From Stylophora pistillata (lineage: Eukaryota): a DNA stretch of 64,000 bases. Under the pieces are notes generated by a model. It was not told the DNA's origin. It was given only the letters and a program-made list of their open reading frames with translations, and did not search any database. A program made the position numbers and the translations under genes. Positions 38,582 to 51,807 of the stretch are shown piece after piece (within the stretch, counting starts at the first letter, position 1; the number at the start of each line of letters is the position of its first letter). The stretch lies in NCBI RefSeq assembly GCF_002571385.2, contig NW_019218386.1:1-64000 (forward strand). Direction: 5' to 3'.

Positions 38582-39493
38582 TATGGTGGGTGATTACCGT
38601 CATAATTCAATTTTTGATTTTCTGACATAGTATTACATTTTGCATAGTAAAGAATTTTTTGTCTGTTTGAATTTTATGTTGGTTTCATCAATTTTCTGAC
38701 AGAATTCAGAAATTTTCGTCTGATCAAATTTTCGGATAACCTAAACTTTCAATTTTTGGGCTGTGTCAGGTTTCGGGGAGCTTTTCGAATTTTCGACTAG
38801 TTTAGAATACTTCACAACTCCGATTCGTTTCTGGTGAATTTTCTGCCAGTATTTCTAATTTTCGGACACATTCAATTTTCTGCTACAACTTTTTCTCCAG
38901 TTGGCCTGGTGACTACGAGAAACCAGATCGAGGTAATGTTATTGTTGATCCAAGATGGCGGATAGAGTGATGGCGCTTTCTCAAGAAGAGCTGCAATCGT
39001 TCAGATACTTGCGAGAGCTTTGATTATTCGGGAAATTGAAGGAGGAGGGCTTGACCCAAATATAGTGGACGTCTTACACTTTAGGCTGGATTGGCTGCAT
39101 GGTTTAATAGCTCGTCTTGTTCATTTGTATGAAATCGATGAACAAATTGTGTTAACCTAATTGGGGGTGCACGGGATTGCCTTATTGGAAGTCAAAATAT
39201 TTTTGATGTTTCATCACTTGCTACTGCCTTTTGTGGGCAACGTGGACGTCCAAGAAATTCAATTCCCAGAGATCAGCTTGATTTTCTGATCGGTAGTAGC
39301 TTTACTGTTGTCGATATCTCAACTTTGCTAGGTATCAGTGTTCGGACTGTTGGAAGACGCTTGGTCGAGTTTGGGTTGCGTGTGAGATTAACATACTCCA
39401 ACACAGACAACGAAGAACTCGACCAGCTGATTCAAAACATCCTAACTATGTTACCTCGATCTGATTTAATTATGACGGTAATCACCCACCAAA
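38582..39493 (+). mobile_element. Internally deleted DNA transposon, IS3EU-like, keeping a degenerate N-terminal HTH region
   Basis: TIRs TATGGTGGGTGATTACCGTCATAATT (38582-38607) and AATTATGACGGTAATCACCCACC (39468-39490). Frameshifted coding relic from aagATGGCG (~38955) to GQRGRPRNSIPRDQLDFLIGSSFTVVDISTLLGISVRTVGRRLVEFGL. No TSD seen. Confidence 0.7.
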
Positions 39494-40579
39494 GAAGAGA
39501 GCATGAATATCATGTATCACGTGAATCCCCACATCCTCTGCGTCTTCCGTTTCAGTAGCGTATCATCTCGAAACTGAAAATTGTGATGCGAGCGTCATCA
39601 AGGTTCATCGGTCATATCACGCCACATCATCGATCGACCAATCATTGTTCATTAAGGTCAGTTACAAAACGGGAAAGGAAAGAAAATTATTTTAATTTGT
39701 TCCGGCTTGCGAAGGAGAATAGAGGAAGCTACCAGACAAGCTAGTGGTAAGATGAATTTTGTGTTTAAGTGAGCAAATATAGTGTCACTCGATAACAAGC
39801 GAATTGAAATAGAATTATTTTTGTGAGATTTCTGTTCGTTCTTTAACTTGGACTTGGACATAAATCCAAGTACAGACCCCCTCATGCTTGAACGACGAGT
39901 TAATTATTTTTTCCATCGGTCTTCAAAATTATGTAGCATAAACATTCGAGCACGGTAATTAAAATTAGATTTGGCCTGGAAACAATGTACAGAGCGAGCG
40001 ATACAGACGACATCCTTGTCTGCGAATTCCGCTCAGAAAAATTACCTTCAGCATTGTGATTTACGAAAAGCAATAATCTATTAAAGCTTCTTCATTTGCT
40101 GACTAATGATCACATTCTGCAAAAAGTAATTTGGAAACGATGTCTACATTATCACGATTTATAGCCATGGTGGGAGAATCCATTTAAAAGCTAATTTAAA
40201 TGAACGCCTTTACAAAACATATGAAGACTTCCATGTATGTCGATTATAAACAATTTATGTTCTCTTGAGAGTGACTGACTTTCGAAACTTCTTAATCATT
40301 AAAATTTTAACTTCTATGTGCCTCTGCTTGCGAAACTATGATGTCGTGCAAAACAGAAACAACTTTGAAAGCGAAAGATAACGAAGTTATTGATGACGAA
40401 GTTTGATCTCCGGGGTTCGATGTCAATTTTATCATTAGACTCTCAACTATTAATTTCATTTTTTCTATCCAAGAGTGGATCACATGAACCACTTCACTGG
40501 ACACTGCTGCTCATCTCCACTACACCCTTGCCGCTGATCTCATCTCTTTTTCATTCCTTACACACTCTTTCTCAGGAAC

Positions 40580-41842
40580 ATGCTTTTGACGGTCATAGTC
40601 TTCGGTGTTCTTGCCCACTGTTTTTCAAGCTGTGAAGCTGATACTCCTTACACACCAAAAGGAAAAGGAAGTGATGTGGTTGCCGATGTTGTACAGATGA
40701 TCAGTGACTTGGATATATTTCCAACCGATCACAAATTCCTTTGTCGTGTGGCCTGGGTCGAGTCCAAATATGGAACTGCGTCTGGAACTTACAGGCGGTT
40801 TTATTACGGAGGAATTTGGCAGGTAAAGAACTTGGTCGGGGAAGTTGCATATGTACCCACCCTGATAACAGACTCAATTGGGTAATAATGGAGGCGGGAG
40901 GGAGGGGGTATAGTGGGATTCATTTAATTTCCAGAGAGGAATACAAGGGGAGTGGGCATGTGGCATATCAACTCAATTATGATGCTTACTGCTCTCTCCA
41001 ATAGTTTTAAACAAATTGACTTTTCTCATACGCTCCCAATATTCAGGAAGGACTATCACAGTAACAAACTAACTGAAGGTGCGGTCTTTTGTACCCCCTT
41101 ACCCCTCCAAATAGAAATAAAATTAGAAACTCAGGAAATGAAGCACCCCTAAACAGTTACCAATTTAGAAATGAGAGTACTGAAATACATAGTGTATTGC
41201 TGTAAACATGTGAGTGAGTAGCAAGGGCATGATATCAGGTCGAGTTAACAGAACTGACAAATATGTACTTCATTTGATTGGTTGGTCATTCTTGTTATGC
41301 CTCCATGTTGTAGACTCTCGCTGGTGCGGGGTAATGAGAGGCGAAGCCAGAGGGTTTAAGTNGGCATGCAATATGAGCACACGGAACCCCACGCAGACTC
41401 ACATGCTTGCCAGCTCGAATCTCCCGTGCCTCGCCACCCATGACTCAGCGTTGAGGAAAACCTCGCAGGTTATGGCTAACATTTAGGCACCACCTTTTTG
41501 ATAATCCCATTCAAGATACCTTTGTCATAGGTGGACTTCATTGGCTATCGCGAAACAGTTACGCAGCAAGGCCTGAGGAAGTACTGGGACCGAATTAGGG
41601 AGCGACTGCACATAGACTGGCAAAAAACTTCATGGTCAGATTTGCAAAAGCCACTATACTCTGGACTGGCTGCCCGATTATTTCTTGCCAGAATTCCTGC
41701 TCCTATTCCAGCTGATGTTAAATCGCAAGCTCTGTACTGGAAGGAATATTACAACACCTCAGCTGGGAAAGGAACTGTACAAAAGTTCATTTCTGATGTT
41801 AGACAAGCAAGAGGGTGTGCTGCACAACCTCAAAGAGGTTAA
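40580..41842 (+). CDS. Secreted 184-aa protein with lysozyme-like / lytic transglycosylase-like motifs
   Basis: Exons 40580-40822 (CAG|GTAAAG) and 41531-41842 (TCATAG|GTG) join in phase 0. Signal peptide MLLTVIVFGVLAHCFSSCEA. Motifs RVAWVES61KYG, GGIWQVD, YWKEYYNTSAGKGT. Confidence 0.85.
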
Positions 41843-43263
41843 CACTATCATTAAAGATAAAACATGTTCACGTCAGTAAATGGCTCTAGATGGAATTCTC
41901 TAATTTTTTTAATACATTTATTTTTTCCTAATTAAGTTTGGATTTAAGTGTACACCTAATGTTTTTGCCTGGCAATTAGATATTAAACAGTTTTGAAATT
42001 TAACTATGGCCTATTTGCTCACAAGTTCAACTGAAATTTTCTTCAGTTAAGAGCCTCAGCATGCTTGTGTCCAGTGAGCATTGATCATACTTCATTGAAA
42101 TCTCAATTTCCTGTTGTTTACATTCTTCCATATTATAGGAATCTTTGTGTCTCATAACAGATTAGACAAACACTCTTTTATCATTACACACTTATTTTAA
42201 ATCCCCTCTCCAAAAGCTGGAAAGACCAGAAGCACAAAGGAAGAGTACATTAATTGATAATTTTATATTTTTTACCCCATCAAGTGTGGAAGATGAGACA
42301 CTAATTCTCTAGTAGTCTTGCACACATTTTGAAACGTCTGAATTAAGTGAATGTTGAAATTCAAACTTGCCATTGAAGATTCACATCAAAAATAAAACTT
42401 AAGATCAGGGATCATAGAGTACCTTGAGTAATTAAGAGTGGGAAGCCAGAAAAGAGCCAAAGTTTTATCTTACACCAAATTTTATTTTTCAAAACATTGA
42501 AACCTGTGCTAAAAGGGCATGAACTGGACTCCTGGAAGTGTTCATGGAGTGTTAACCAAGTACACATTTTTCTACATTTGTACAACAGTAAGTCAGATAA
42601 GTTGATCATAATCCCAAATACAGCAGAGGGACTGGTCAACATTTTAAGTTTGACCAACTCAGATAGACAAAAATAATTACTTACAGGAATACAAGTTTTC
42701 AAAAGTATGCAAACTAAAACTCAAATTTAAGCCATCTGTTTAACATTGGTTTCATGTAAAAAAAAAAAATTAATTTGGTTTCTACCTTCATTAATAAAAG
42801 TTTCAACTTAAAGGAGAGGTATATGCTATAGTCCCTGAAGACAAACCCTGGTAGTGATTGATAATTACCGCCATTTAAAACTCACCAATAATCAGCAAAA
42901 ATGCAGTGGTCAAACAACAGTTAACTGACAACCTATAATTGGACCAATCAATTTTCTCTTTCTCATATCATACATTTGAATCTGTAAATATAATTATTTT
43001 CTTAAGGAATTAATAAGTTAGAATGTTGGTATCTCGTAAACAATCAGAGACTTCACTCCTTACGGCAGTGCCCTAATTGACGAAAGAATACTCACTGACA
43101 TCTCATCATGAACTTTCCACCCCCTTGTGCTTCCTTGAAATCATGGGGTCCTTTTCTTTAAAGTTCACTTTGAGAATTCAACAAATCTTCAGTAGAAAAA
43201 ATGGTAGAAAAAATTTAGATAGCAGGGCAGGCACTCTATGTGCTCTTGTCAAGTGTTGCTCTG

Positions 43264-46200
43264 TCATGCTTCTGTATACCTTCCACTCATTGTCATTATC
43301 AGATCTTCCATTATGTTAAAACCCTGCAAAAAGAAAAAAAAACAGAGCTGGGTAGAAGAAAAGAAACCTGGAGCAAATATGTGAGTCAATGATAGGTGAT
43401 AAGAGAGCAAATGTGATTTTTTTTTCTTAATTAAAACTGATCTGTTTATACCTTGTTTGCTCCATGTTGAAGAAACGATTGTCCAAAAGCTTCCATCATT
43501 CCTCCAAGTAATGAACCAACACCATAAACATTGATACTACCTCGCTGCTCAAATGATGTCCTACCAAGTGACACAATAAAACATGGTTGGAGAGGGTGAT
43601 CTTTATTACTTAACACCACAGAAAATGCCCTTCTGATCAATGATTCTTCAATGATTCTTAAATGATTATTCAATGATTCTTTAATGATTTTTCAATGATT
43701 CTTTAATGATAATTCAATGATTCTTTAATGATTTTTCAATGATTCTTCAATGATTTTTCAATGATTCTTTAATGATTCTTCAATGATTCTGCCATGATTT
43801 TTCAATGATTCTGCCATGATTTTTCAATGATTATTCGATGATTCTTTAATGATTCTTCAATGACTATTCAATGATTCTTCGATGATTTTTCAATGATTCT
43901 TTTAAATTAATGATTCTTCGATGATTATTCAATGATTCTTCAATGATTTTTCAATCATTGTGATTAATCAATGATTCTTCAATGATTTTCTGATGATTTT
44001 TCAATAATTCTTCAATAACTCTTTGAACAATAACTTTTCAGTGATTGATCAATGATTCTTCAATGGTTTTCCAATGATTCTTCAGTGATCCTTCTTAAGA
44101 CTTTTCCAAGACTTTTCCATGATTCTCCGAGACATACAGGATGAAGAATACTGGCAAAATCAAGAGTGAGGGCAAACAAAAGCAAAATTTTTCACCATTA
44201 ATTTTGTTTAATCTATGCAATTGGGTTTCACTCATCAAGTAGTTTTAAATATGTATCACTATTTAACTTGGGAAACCAAGTCATCAAGAGAATGATAAAA
44301 TGGTGGTTTTGGCTGCACTTTTGCATCCAACAGAAAGTGCCATTTCCTTCTACCTCTTGCATGGTTATTTGCTTCTGAGTACCAGAGAAATTCTATTGTT
44401 TAAGAAGTAAGGTGACATACCAGTCTGGATTGTTTTCACATGCTTTAAAAGTGCTGAACTCTTCTAAGGACGCATATTTGGACCATGTAAGGTTATAACA
44501 GTGAAGACGAAGACATCTTTCTTTACTATTGAGCCATGCTTCCTCTTCTACTTGAATAGCTGGGAATGGACACAACTAGAAATAAAACATTTAACAATTT
44601 TAAGTTTTACCACAAAGGAATTTATTTTTATTGGTGTCTGAAATATTACTTACCATTTGCTTATTCAAAAAGTGCACAACAAAAGCCACAAAAAAATAGT
44701 CTGAAGCACTGTCCCTTTATATCTAATGGTAACAGGACTGAATGAAGTCCAATTTGGCCTGTAATCATACATTACAAGTGATTAACAAAGTTGGACAACC
44801 GCAAAAATGTCTACTTTAACCATCAGCAAATGTAGAGGCAAATTGCTTTTGATTTTTTAATGAACAAAAATGACAAAATATTTAAAATGTTGTATATGCC
44901 AAACCTAGACTTGCAGTGAGGTGCGAGTTCAGACCTAAGAGCCCTGTTTATGAGGAGTATCACATTTGTTGAGATAAAAAATTTTTGTGCAGTTAACCAC
45001 ACAAGATCAATGGTCAACATACAATTGTACTGTTCATGTCTAGCTATAAGTACATACCTTTTTAAAGAAACCTGGCAAAACATTCACACATTCTCCTCTT
45101 CTCAATAAATATTCTTCTCCAGTTTCTGGGTCTTCAAGACCACAAAAATGTAAAAAAGAAAATCAGAACAAAACCAAATTAATCACAGTAAAAACAAAAA
45201 AAAAAGTGAAATTAAGAAATGTAAAATATTACAATCCTCCATTATACAGTTCTCTATACATTTGCTAAAAGTGCTGACAAGGAGAATTTGTTTAACAATC
45301 AAGAGCCTCTTTAGTTGGTGTTGATTATTTCCTATAAATGCCACAACCAGGACAGATAATTATTGTAAGGGAAATTGATATAATTCTGTTGGTCACCCTC
45401 AGGTGTATAAGGATTAACAGTACAAGGCTTTTGTAAAATGTAACGACGACGAACTACCATCAGTTGCATGTGATCGAGATCTTTAATCAGGAAAACATAT
45501 CGATTGGGTATGGCTGGTACATGTATTCAAAGAAATCCTTTTCTCGTTTGTAACTTTTTGCTCCGTGATACTATGTAGAAAATTTATTTAACAAGTCTTC
45601 AATGATGGTACCAATAGAAATTTGTTAACTTTATAGAATAAAATCAGTTTTGGCCATTTGTGATAAACCAGTTTATTTTGAAATTCCTGAGGCAGTATCA
45701 CTATCAAGATGACACACACTCAATCAAATGAACTACAGTCGTTTATTAAAAGGTATTTCAATGTTTGCCCTGATACCAAAGGATATGAAAAATTAATTGC
45801 ATACATATTGTTCAAAGTAAACAGCCCTATTGGAGACTTCAGAAAAGTGGACTACAGCAACCTCTAGTTCACCACTAAATTTTCTCCGATACTTATTGGT
45901 TAAAATTGATCATGTGATGCAATAGTGTTCATCCGTGGAGAGACACTATCAGCCCATAGTGCCCATCTGCAGAAAAAACCCGGATGGATAGTACTCATCC
46001 ATGAAAAAATTTGAATGGTTTGACTGCTGCGAAGTTAGGCAGATCGGTAAAACAGTGACTTGTCAATTCTGACATGTATAACATATTATTTAGCCAATGT
46101 ACAGTTACGAATTACTGACATTTGTGACAGGCTGTATGCATGAATAAATATTTGATTGATCTGCATTTAGTGGGTTTTGACTGTTTTTCAACTGGCACGC

Positions 46201-47027
46201 AAAAGAAAATTTAGTGGTGAGCAATAAAGACAATAGAGCGTTTAGGTCTCGGAACTATCGGTCTGATAGTTGCCCTTTGGATATTTGATGTTCTTAAAAC
46301 TAGCATAATTATTTGCCTTCTCAGGCAAATATTTGTTTTAAGAACATCAAATTTCCACGGGGCAACTATCAGCCGATAGTTCCTCAACAGAAACACTCTA
46401 TTGTTTAAATAGATTACAGCTGTTACCTGTTTTGTGTTGCAACACTGTTATAGACGTCACATTGGAATCTTTACCACAAGTGTACTATTGTTGTGCGTAC
46501 ATGTAAGCACAAGTGTGCACAATAGTGAAAAAAACAGAAAAAGAAGCAGTCACTATCAACTCCTTGTTTTCATGTAGTTGTTCGAAATTCGTTACGTTTG
46601 AGGTCTTATAAGTATTGAAATGTGTACAAAAGTACAGAAATCACAATCTTCAAACACAACATACATGTTGTGCAACGATTTACCTTTTTAGCCATATTCT
46701 AGAATTGATCTTGGAAAGATTTCCGTATAACCCCATACATTAATTATGCATCCATTTCTTAAAGACTAAATGTAAAGGTTTCTTTGCAACACTCGATGCA
46801 TAATTAATGTATGGGGTTACATGGAAATCTTGCCTTTACTTTTACATCTACATTCTTCTGCTAGGAGAAAAAAAAAACCCTAAAATTGTGCTCTTGTATT
46901 TAATAACTGAAATCTGTGCACATGTATGTACGGAAGCGTATTTGAAACAAACCTTTTGGAAGTAAGCATGTATCACTTTCTCGAATGGATGTTTGAAGGT
47001 ATGGCTAATTTCAACATGCCGGACCAT
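43264..47027 (-). CDS. PRELID2: PRELI domain-containing protein 2-like (176 aa)
   Basis: Six phase-consistent exons: 47027-46953, 46484-46427, 45131-45058, 44575-44421, 43560-43452, 43323-43264. Product includes HTFKHPFEKVIHAYFQKY, IQVEEEAWLN, NLTWSKYASLEEFS, ENNPDWTSFEQRG, GFNIMEDL. Confidence 0.88.
43637..44127. repeat. ~12-bp degenerate minisatellite (TCAATGATTCTT)n in a PRELID2 intron
   Basis: Roughly 35-40 imperfect copies visible. Confidence 0.95.
46716..46831. repeat. Inverted repeat, ~37-bp arms (small MITE or hairpin) in PRELID2 intron 1
   Basis: AAGATTTCCGTATAACCCCATACATTAATTATGCATC vs GATGCATAATTAATGTATGGGGTTACATGGAAATCTT. Confidence 0.85.
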
Positions 47028-47238
47028 TACCACAGAGGATCGCTTCCGCCATGAAACAAGAGAGACAAAAAGTCGTGCGATAAGGCACTCACAACAGACC
47101 CTTAGCTAACACCACGACGGTTTTCGTCTTTGTCAACTGAAGCATTAATATATAAACAGCTGTGTAATTGGTCCATTCACCCACACAACAAATCATTCAC
47201 CAATCACAACAAAGCTTATGTCTGTTCCAATATGGCGG
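47028..47238. promoter_or_regulatory. Bidirectional promoter between PRELID2 and the FKBP-like gene
   Basis: Divergent start codons ~210 bp apart; CCAAT boxes (ATTGG 47168, CCAAT 47200 and 47227); ATGGCGG YY1-type motif on each side (47052 minus, 47232 plus). Confidence 0.7.
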
Positions 47239-50200
47239 ATGAAAATGATTGATTCTCGTGTTTCAGCCCTGCCGAGGACTATAACTCGAAAAGGAACTGG
47301 ATTAGAAACACCGAATTATGGATCATCTTGTCATAGTGAGGGTTTGAGTCAAATTTTACGCTTTATTTATTTCTTTTGCAATGTTAAATTGTCTATCGAT
47401 TTCTTTAACGAATAGTTATGCTTCATTGCAGTCAAACTGAAGATTTTTCCTCCGGATGGTACAGTCCTTCACAATGCTCAGAAGAAAGTCGTTATAGGTG
47501 AAGGTAATTAATCAACTTATAAATTTGATTTCTTTGCATGTTCTAGCGTATTTGCAACTCACGAATCGCTATTATCATCATCCAAAACACTGCATTACAA
47601 GCTAAAGATCGATCTTTCTGGATTGATTAATGTTAGCTGTTCCCAAAATACCACTATTTCTGTAAATTCTTTTAAATACATAAAATGGCGATGGCTCAAA
47701 TTTAGTAATTTACTTGTAACTAACAAAGAGAGAGAAGGATCATGCCGAAGCATGCATTTATTGATCATCTATTCCTTTTTTGTTTTTTTGCTTACTTTAA
47801 AGGTGACAGTGAAGTATCTGAGACCTTGGACAAATGCCTTGAGTGTATGCATGCTCAGGAAATCTGCTTGATACCTTTTGACAACGAGGATTTGTGCCAA
47901 GAGCTGGGTATTGTCTATGAAAGGGATCTTAAATGTGAAATTGAGCTTCTTTCCTTCTCCAAGGTACAGTGTGCTGTACATATTGATTCATATCTACAGC
48001 AATCATCTTAGGTGGTTTTTATCTTATAGAGATACAGCTTGTGAAAAAAATTCAGGCTTGTATTGGAGTTAAACCCATGACCTCTGTAATAAGTAGATGT
48101 AGTGCCTCAACAACTGAGCAAACAGTTGAGCTCACAGCCAACAAAGCCATTCCAGCCTGAATTTTTCCATCTCATCTTCATTTCAGTAATCCTCACTTCA
48201 CAGATAATTATACAGTTATACCTTGCTTATCTGGACTCGTAGGGACTTGGGTAGATATAGTTCGGATAATCAAAAGTCTGAATAATAGAAAATATGAATA
48301 TTAATTGACAACATTGTAAGCCAAAGAAATAAAGATAACACATTAATTTTTAATTCTAAAAGTCCACTTCGATGACTACCAATACACGTACATCTATGAA
48401 TTGCACCTATACTCATGTGCATGCAAGCTTTAGCGACTTTCGCCTCAATCCTTTGCTTGTCTCAATGTTGTCGGTGAATTTCAGGATGTTATCCCTGTTC
48501 TTGCGCATATCAGAGATCTGTTGCTTGCTGATGCCAAATTCAAGCACTAAATTTGTTCCTTTTTCTCCTTTATGAAATAACTATTTATTTATCCTTTATC
48601 AAGAGAACAGATCGCTTTCACTTTAAAGGCATGTCATTTTTAGTTATGATCATTCACCTGTGTTTACATAACCCACACTTATCGAACTGATCAAGCATGA
48701 CATTCCCTTACAAAACAATAATATTGAACCAATTAAAACTCAGCTGAGTGCATCAGAATGCTTTTTGTCTCCAAGTGCTCAATGTTTTTAAAGTGGAGGA
48801 GGTAGTGCACTGCTTTAAATGCACTTTTCCTGGCTTTAAACATTATCTCTGAATTTGTTACCTCTTAGTTTTGGAGATCAAAGCTTATTAATATTCATTA
48901 AAAAAATGGGGCTAGAGAAAAAGTTTGCATAAACAAAAAGTCCGGATAATTGATGTTCAGATAATCAAGGTTTGACTGTATGTATAAATCAAAAGTTGTT
49001 CATTCATTGCTACACAGATTTATTATGAAGCGACAAAATGACCAGCTCCCAGTTATTTCAACTACTGCTTAATGAGTGTTACTACAATGATCACTGTCAT
49101 CTTCACTCTGTTCTGTTTACTCATGTCAGCTCTGAAGGGATTTATTCCCAGCTTTATATTTTGTGCATAATTTAAAGAAATGCATGTGACAGAGTAAGAA
49201 GAAATCTGAAAGAGAAAGTTGTTTAGGGTATTATCACACTACCTGATATGGGTAAACAAAACATACAAGCTTGAGAGGTATCTATAGTATAATTTTGTAT
49301 CCAGAACAATTGGTATCATAATTATGGAAAATCTTAACACATGCGCTTTACATTTCTCAATTTTTTTTTTCTCTTGCAGGCAAAAGAGCCTTGGGAAACT
49401 ATCCCAGAGGATAAAATGTCCCTTGCCAAACATCACAAAGAAAAAGGAACAGATTGTTTTAAGGTTACCTTTCATTTCTTAGTTCATTTTTAAAAAAATT
49501 GACATACATCTGTACCTCATTTTTTGCAGGCTTTTCTCAGTTCACTCCCTAACTGCCCTAAAGAGTTGTTGAAGGGTAAATCTCTCTACTCACATTCTAA
49601 TACTAAATCATTTTCATGTGATGTCATCAAATTCCAAAATTTAAAACTATAAAGAGCCACGAAAAAATTAATTCTCACCAGGCATAAAGGGGTTTAAATT
49701 CATATCTGTTTTCAACTTTTCAGCCCAATAGACTGTGCTTGCTTGGTTTGGAAACCAGTGCAGTTTGAAGTTCACAGTGGTGGCGTTGCATGACATACAG
49801 CTCTGATGGTGTCTGTCATCCATTCACATTATGTTATTGCCAAGTCACGAGCCTTCTCCTTCGTAGTTTGCTTATAAAATGTTTTTACATATGTATGTCC
49901 CCTGCCAATTATGTCCTTCAGTGGTGCACCCCCTTTTTAGAAAAATTCTGTATCAACCTCTGGTGTGGCTGCCTTCAAAACATTTTCCTAATGATCCTTT
50001 TTGATTGGTATCCTTTAAGTCTGGAAACTGGACCAGCGCTGCAAGACGTTATAGCCAAGCCCTCAAGCAGTTGATCCTAATAGAAGATAAATTGTCTGAA
50101 CGAAAAGAAGATCAAGAACAACTGAGAGCTACTTGTCTTCTCAACTTATCTGCATGCCAAGGAAAGCTTGGGCAGTATGACTTTGTAGCACTAAACTGCA

Positions 50201-51807
50201 CAAAGGTTAGAAATGACTACATTTCAGTTGTGCACTTTATAAGTGTAATAATTTTGAATATGTAGTTACATTGCTTGATGGCTTTCCACATAGAAAACCA
50301 TTGTCATAATTATTTTAATATTGAGCCCATTGAATTACATGTTACAGCATTGTATGGTTAGGACTTTTTTCTTTCCCTATCAATCACAAATTTAGTTGAA
50401 CTTATAGAGTCAAAACAAGGTAAACATTGTTATCAAGACAAATTGGCAAATAGTTAGCGAGCATTTCTACACTTGGCTACTGGTGGTTATTTTTTCAGTT
50501 GATCTTGTAGTTGAAATGTTTTTTTTTTTATGATTGATTATAAGCAGTAAGTCGCAGCCCTTTGCTCCTTCAGGGGGTGTTTGATTTATTTTGATTTTTT
50601 TCAAGTCTCCTTCCTTAAAATGTAACTTTATATCATAGCTTCATTTGGGAGCTTTTAAAACACTGATTTGTTTGTCAGAAAGAATGAAACAGAATGTAAG
50701 GGGTTTCTTCCTAGGGATTGCAACAGATTTTTGATCAACACTGTTTGGTCTAGAATATTAGAATAAGAGCTTCCTAGTTTGACTGTTTGACATCAAGCAC
50801 ATGTTCCAGTTGCCTTCAGTCGCTCAGAAACGTCAGTTAATTATTTTTATTATAGCTAGGTGTACTACACGTAGTGGTATTATTTTAGTTTTCATGTTTC
50901 TTTGAATACCTACTGTAGGTACTAAGTCTGTGGCCTACAAACGTTAAAGCTCTCTTCAGACGAGGACAGGTGAGACGATTTGATATAAAGATATTTTTTT
51001 CCACCTTAAAATCGTTTATTTACTTGTTAACGAAAGGTTACCGTATTTGAGATGTTGTTAAAAATTGACCGTGAGAGCAATAAGCGGTGTTACGTGATTA
51101 AACTGTATCGTCCAGAGGCGGATATATTCCTTATTTACGTGTTTTTCATACCAAAGCTAAGTTTCAAATTTATTTTTAGTTGTAATGTGAATAGTTGTAC
51201 TTGATTTACTTTGATGAATAGTGTCGTAATTCTTCACAGGCATTTGTTATCTTGAATGAATTCGAAAAGGCAAGAGAGGATTTAGAGAAGGTACTAGCTT
51301 TCGTTTACATTAACATGGGGGAGGTCGCAGGCAAGTTAATTAATTTTAAGAGTGCCATTCCATCTCGAAAAGCGGTCAGTAAGGATCAAGAATCCTGGTT
51401 TCAACCGTGATATGTTGGTCCTAGTGTACTACACGTAATCGTGAGAACGTATTTTACTTTCCCTAACCCAATGAAACACTTTATGTCAGCAAATCTCAAA
51501 ATAAAATTATACGGAATGGTGATAATTTCAATTTTTTTTTATGGGCTTTCTTTACAGGCAAAAATCTAGAAAGGAGAAGGAGGCATGAAAACCATTGCAA
51601 TTCCTCAGGTTGATGTCAGTAAATTTGAGTTCAGTTAACGAGTCAGGATATCACCCGCAATAAGCTATTTTTCTTCTTCAGGCTCTAACATATGACCCGT
51701 CCAACAGAGCAGTAAAAGATCAATTAAGAATTCTCAAGCAGAAGGAACAGAAACACGATGAAAAGTTATCCAATGCACTAGGTGTGATGTTTGGACGCAA
51801 CATGTAA
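47239..51807 (+). CDS. FKBP-like immunophilin/co-chaperone: degenerate FKBP domain plus TPR repeats (~275 aa; FKBPL-like)
   Basis: Eight phase-consistent exons: 47239-47335 (in-frame ATG also at 47218), 47432-47503, 47803-47963, 49380-49463, 50020-50205, 50919-50969, 51240-51290, 51682-51807. Motifs ITRKGTGLETP, LDKCLECM, EIELLSF, HKEKGTDCFK, LNLSAC, NVKALFRRGQA, DPSNRAV. Confidence 0.88.
48213..48978 (-). mobile_element. Pogo/Tigger-like (Tc1-mariner) deletion derivative
   Basis: TA-flanked TIRs CAGTTATACCTTGCTTATC / GATAATCAAGGTTTGACTG; minus-strand relic EFGISKQQISDMRKNRDNILKF resembles the CENP-B/pipsqueak-type HTH. Confidence 0.75.
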
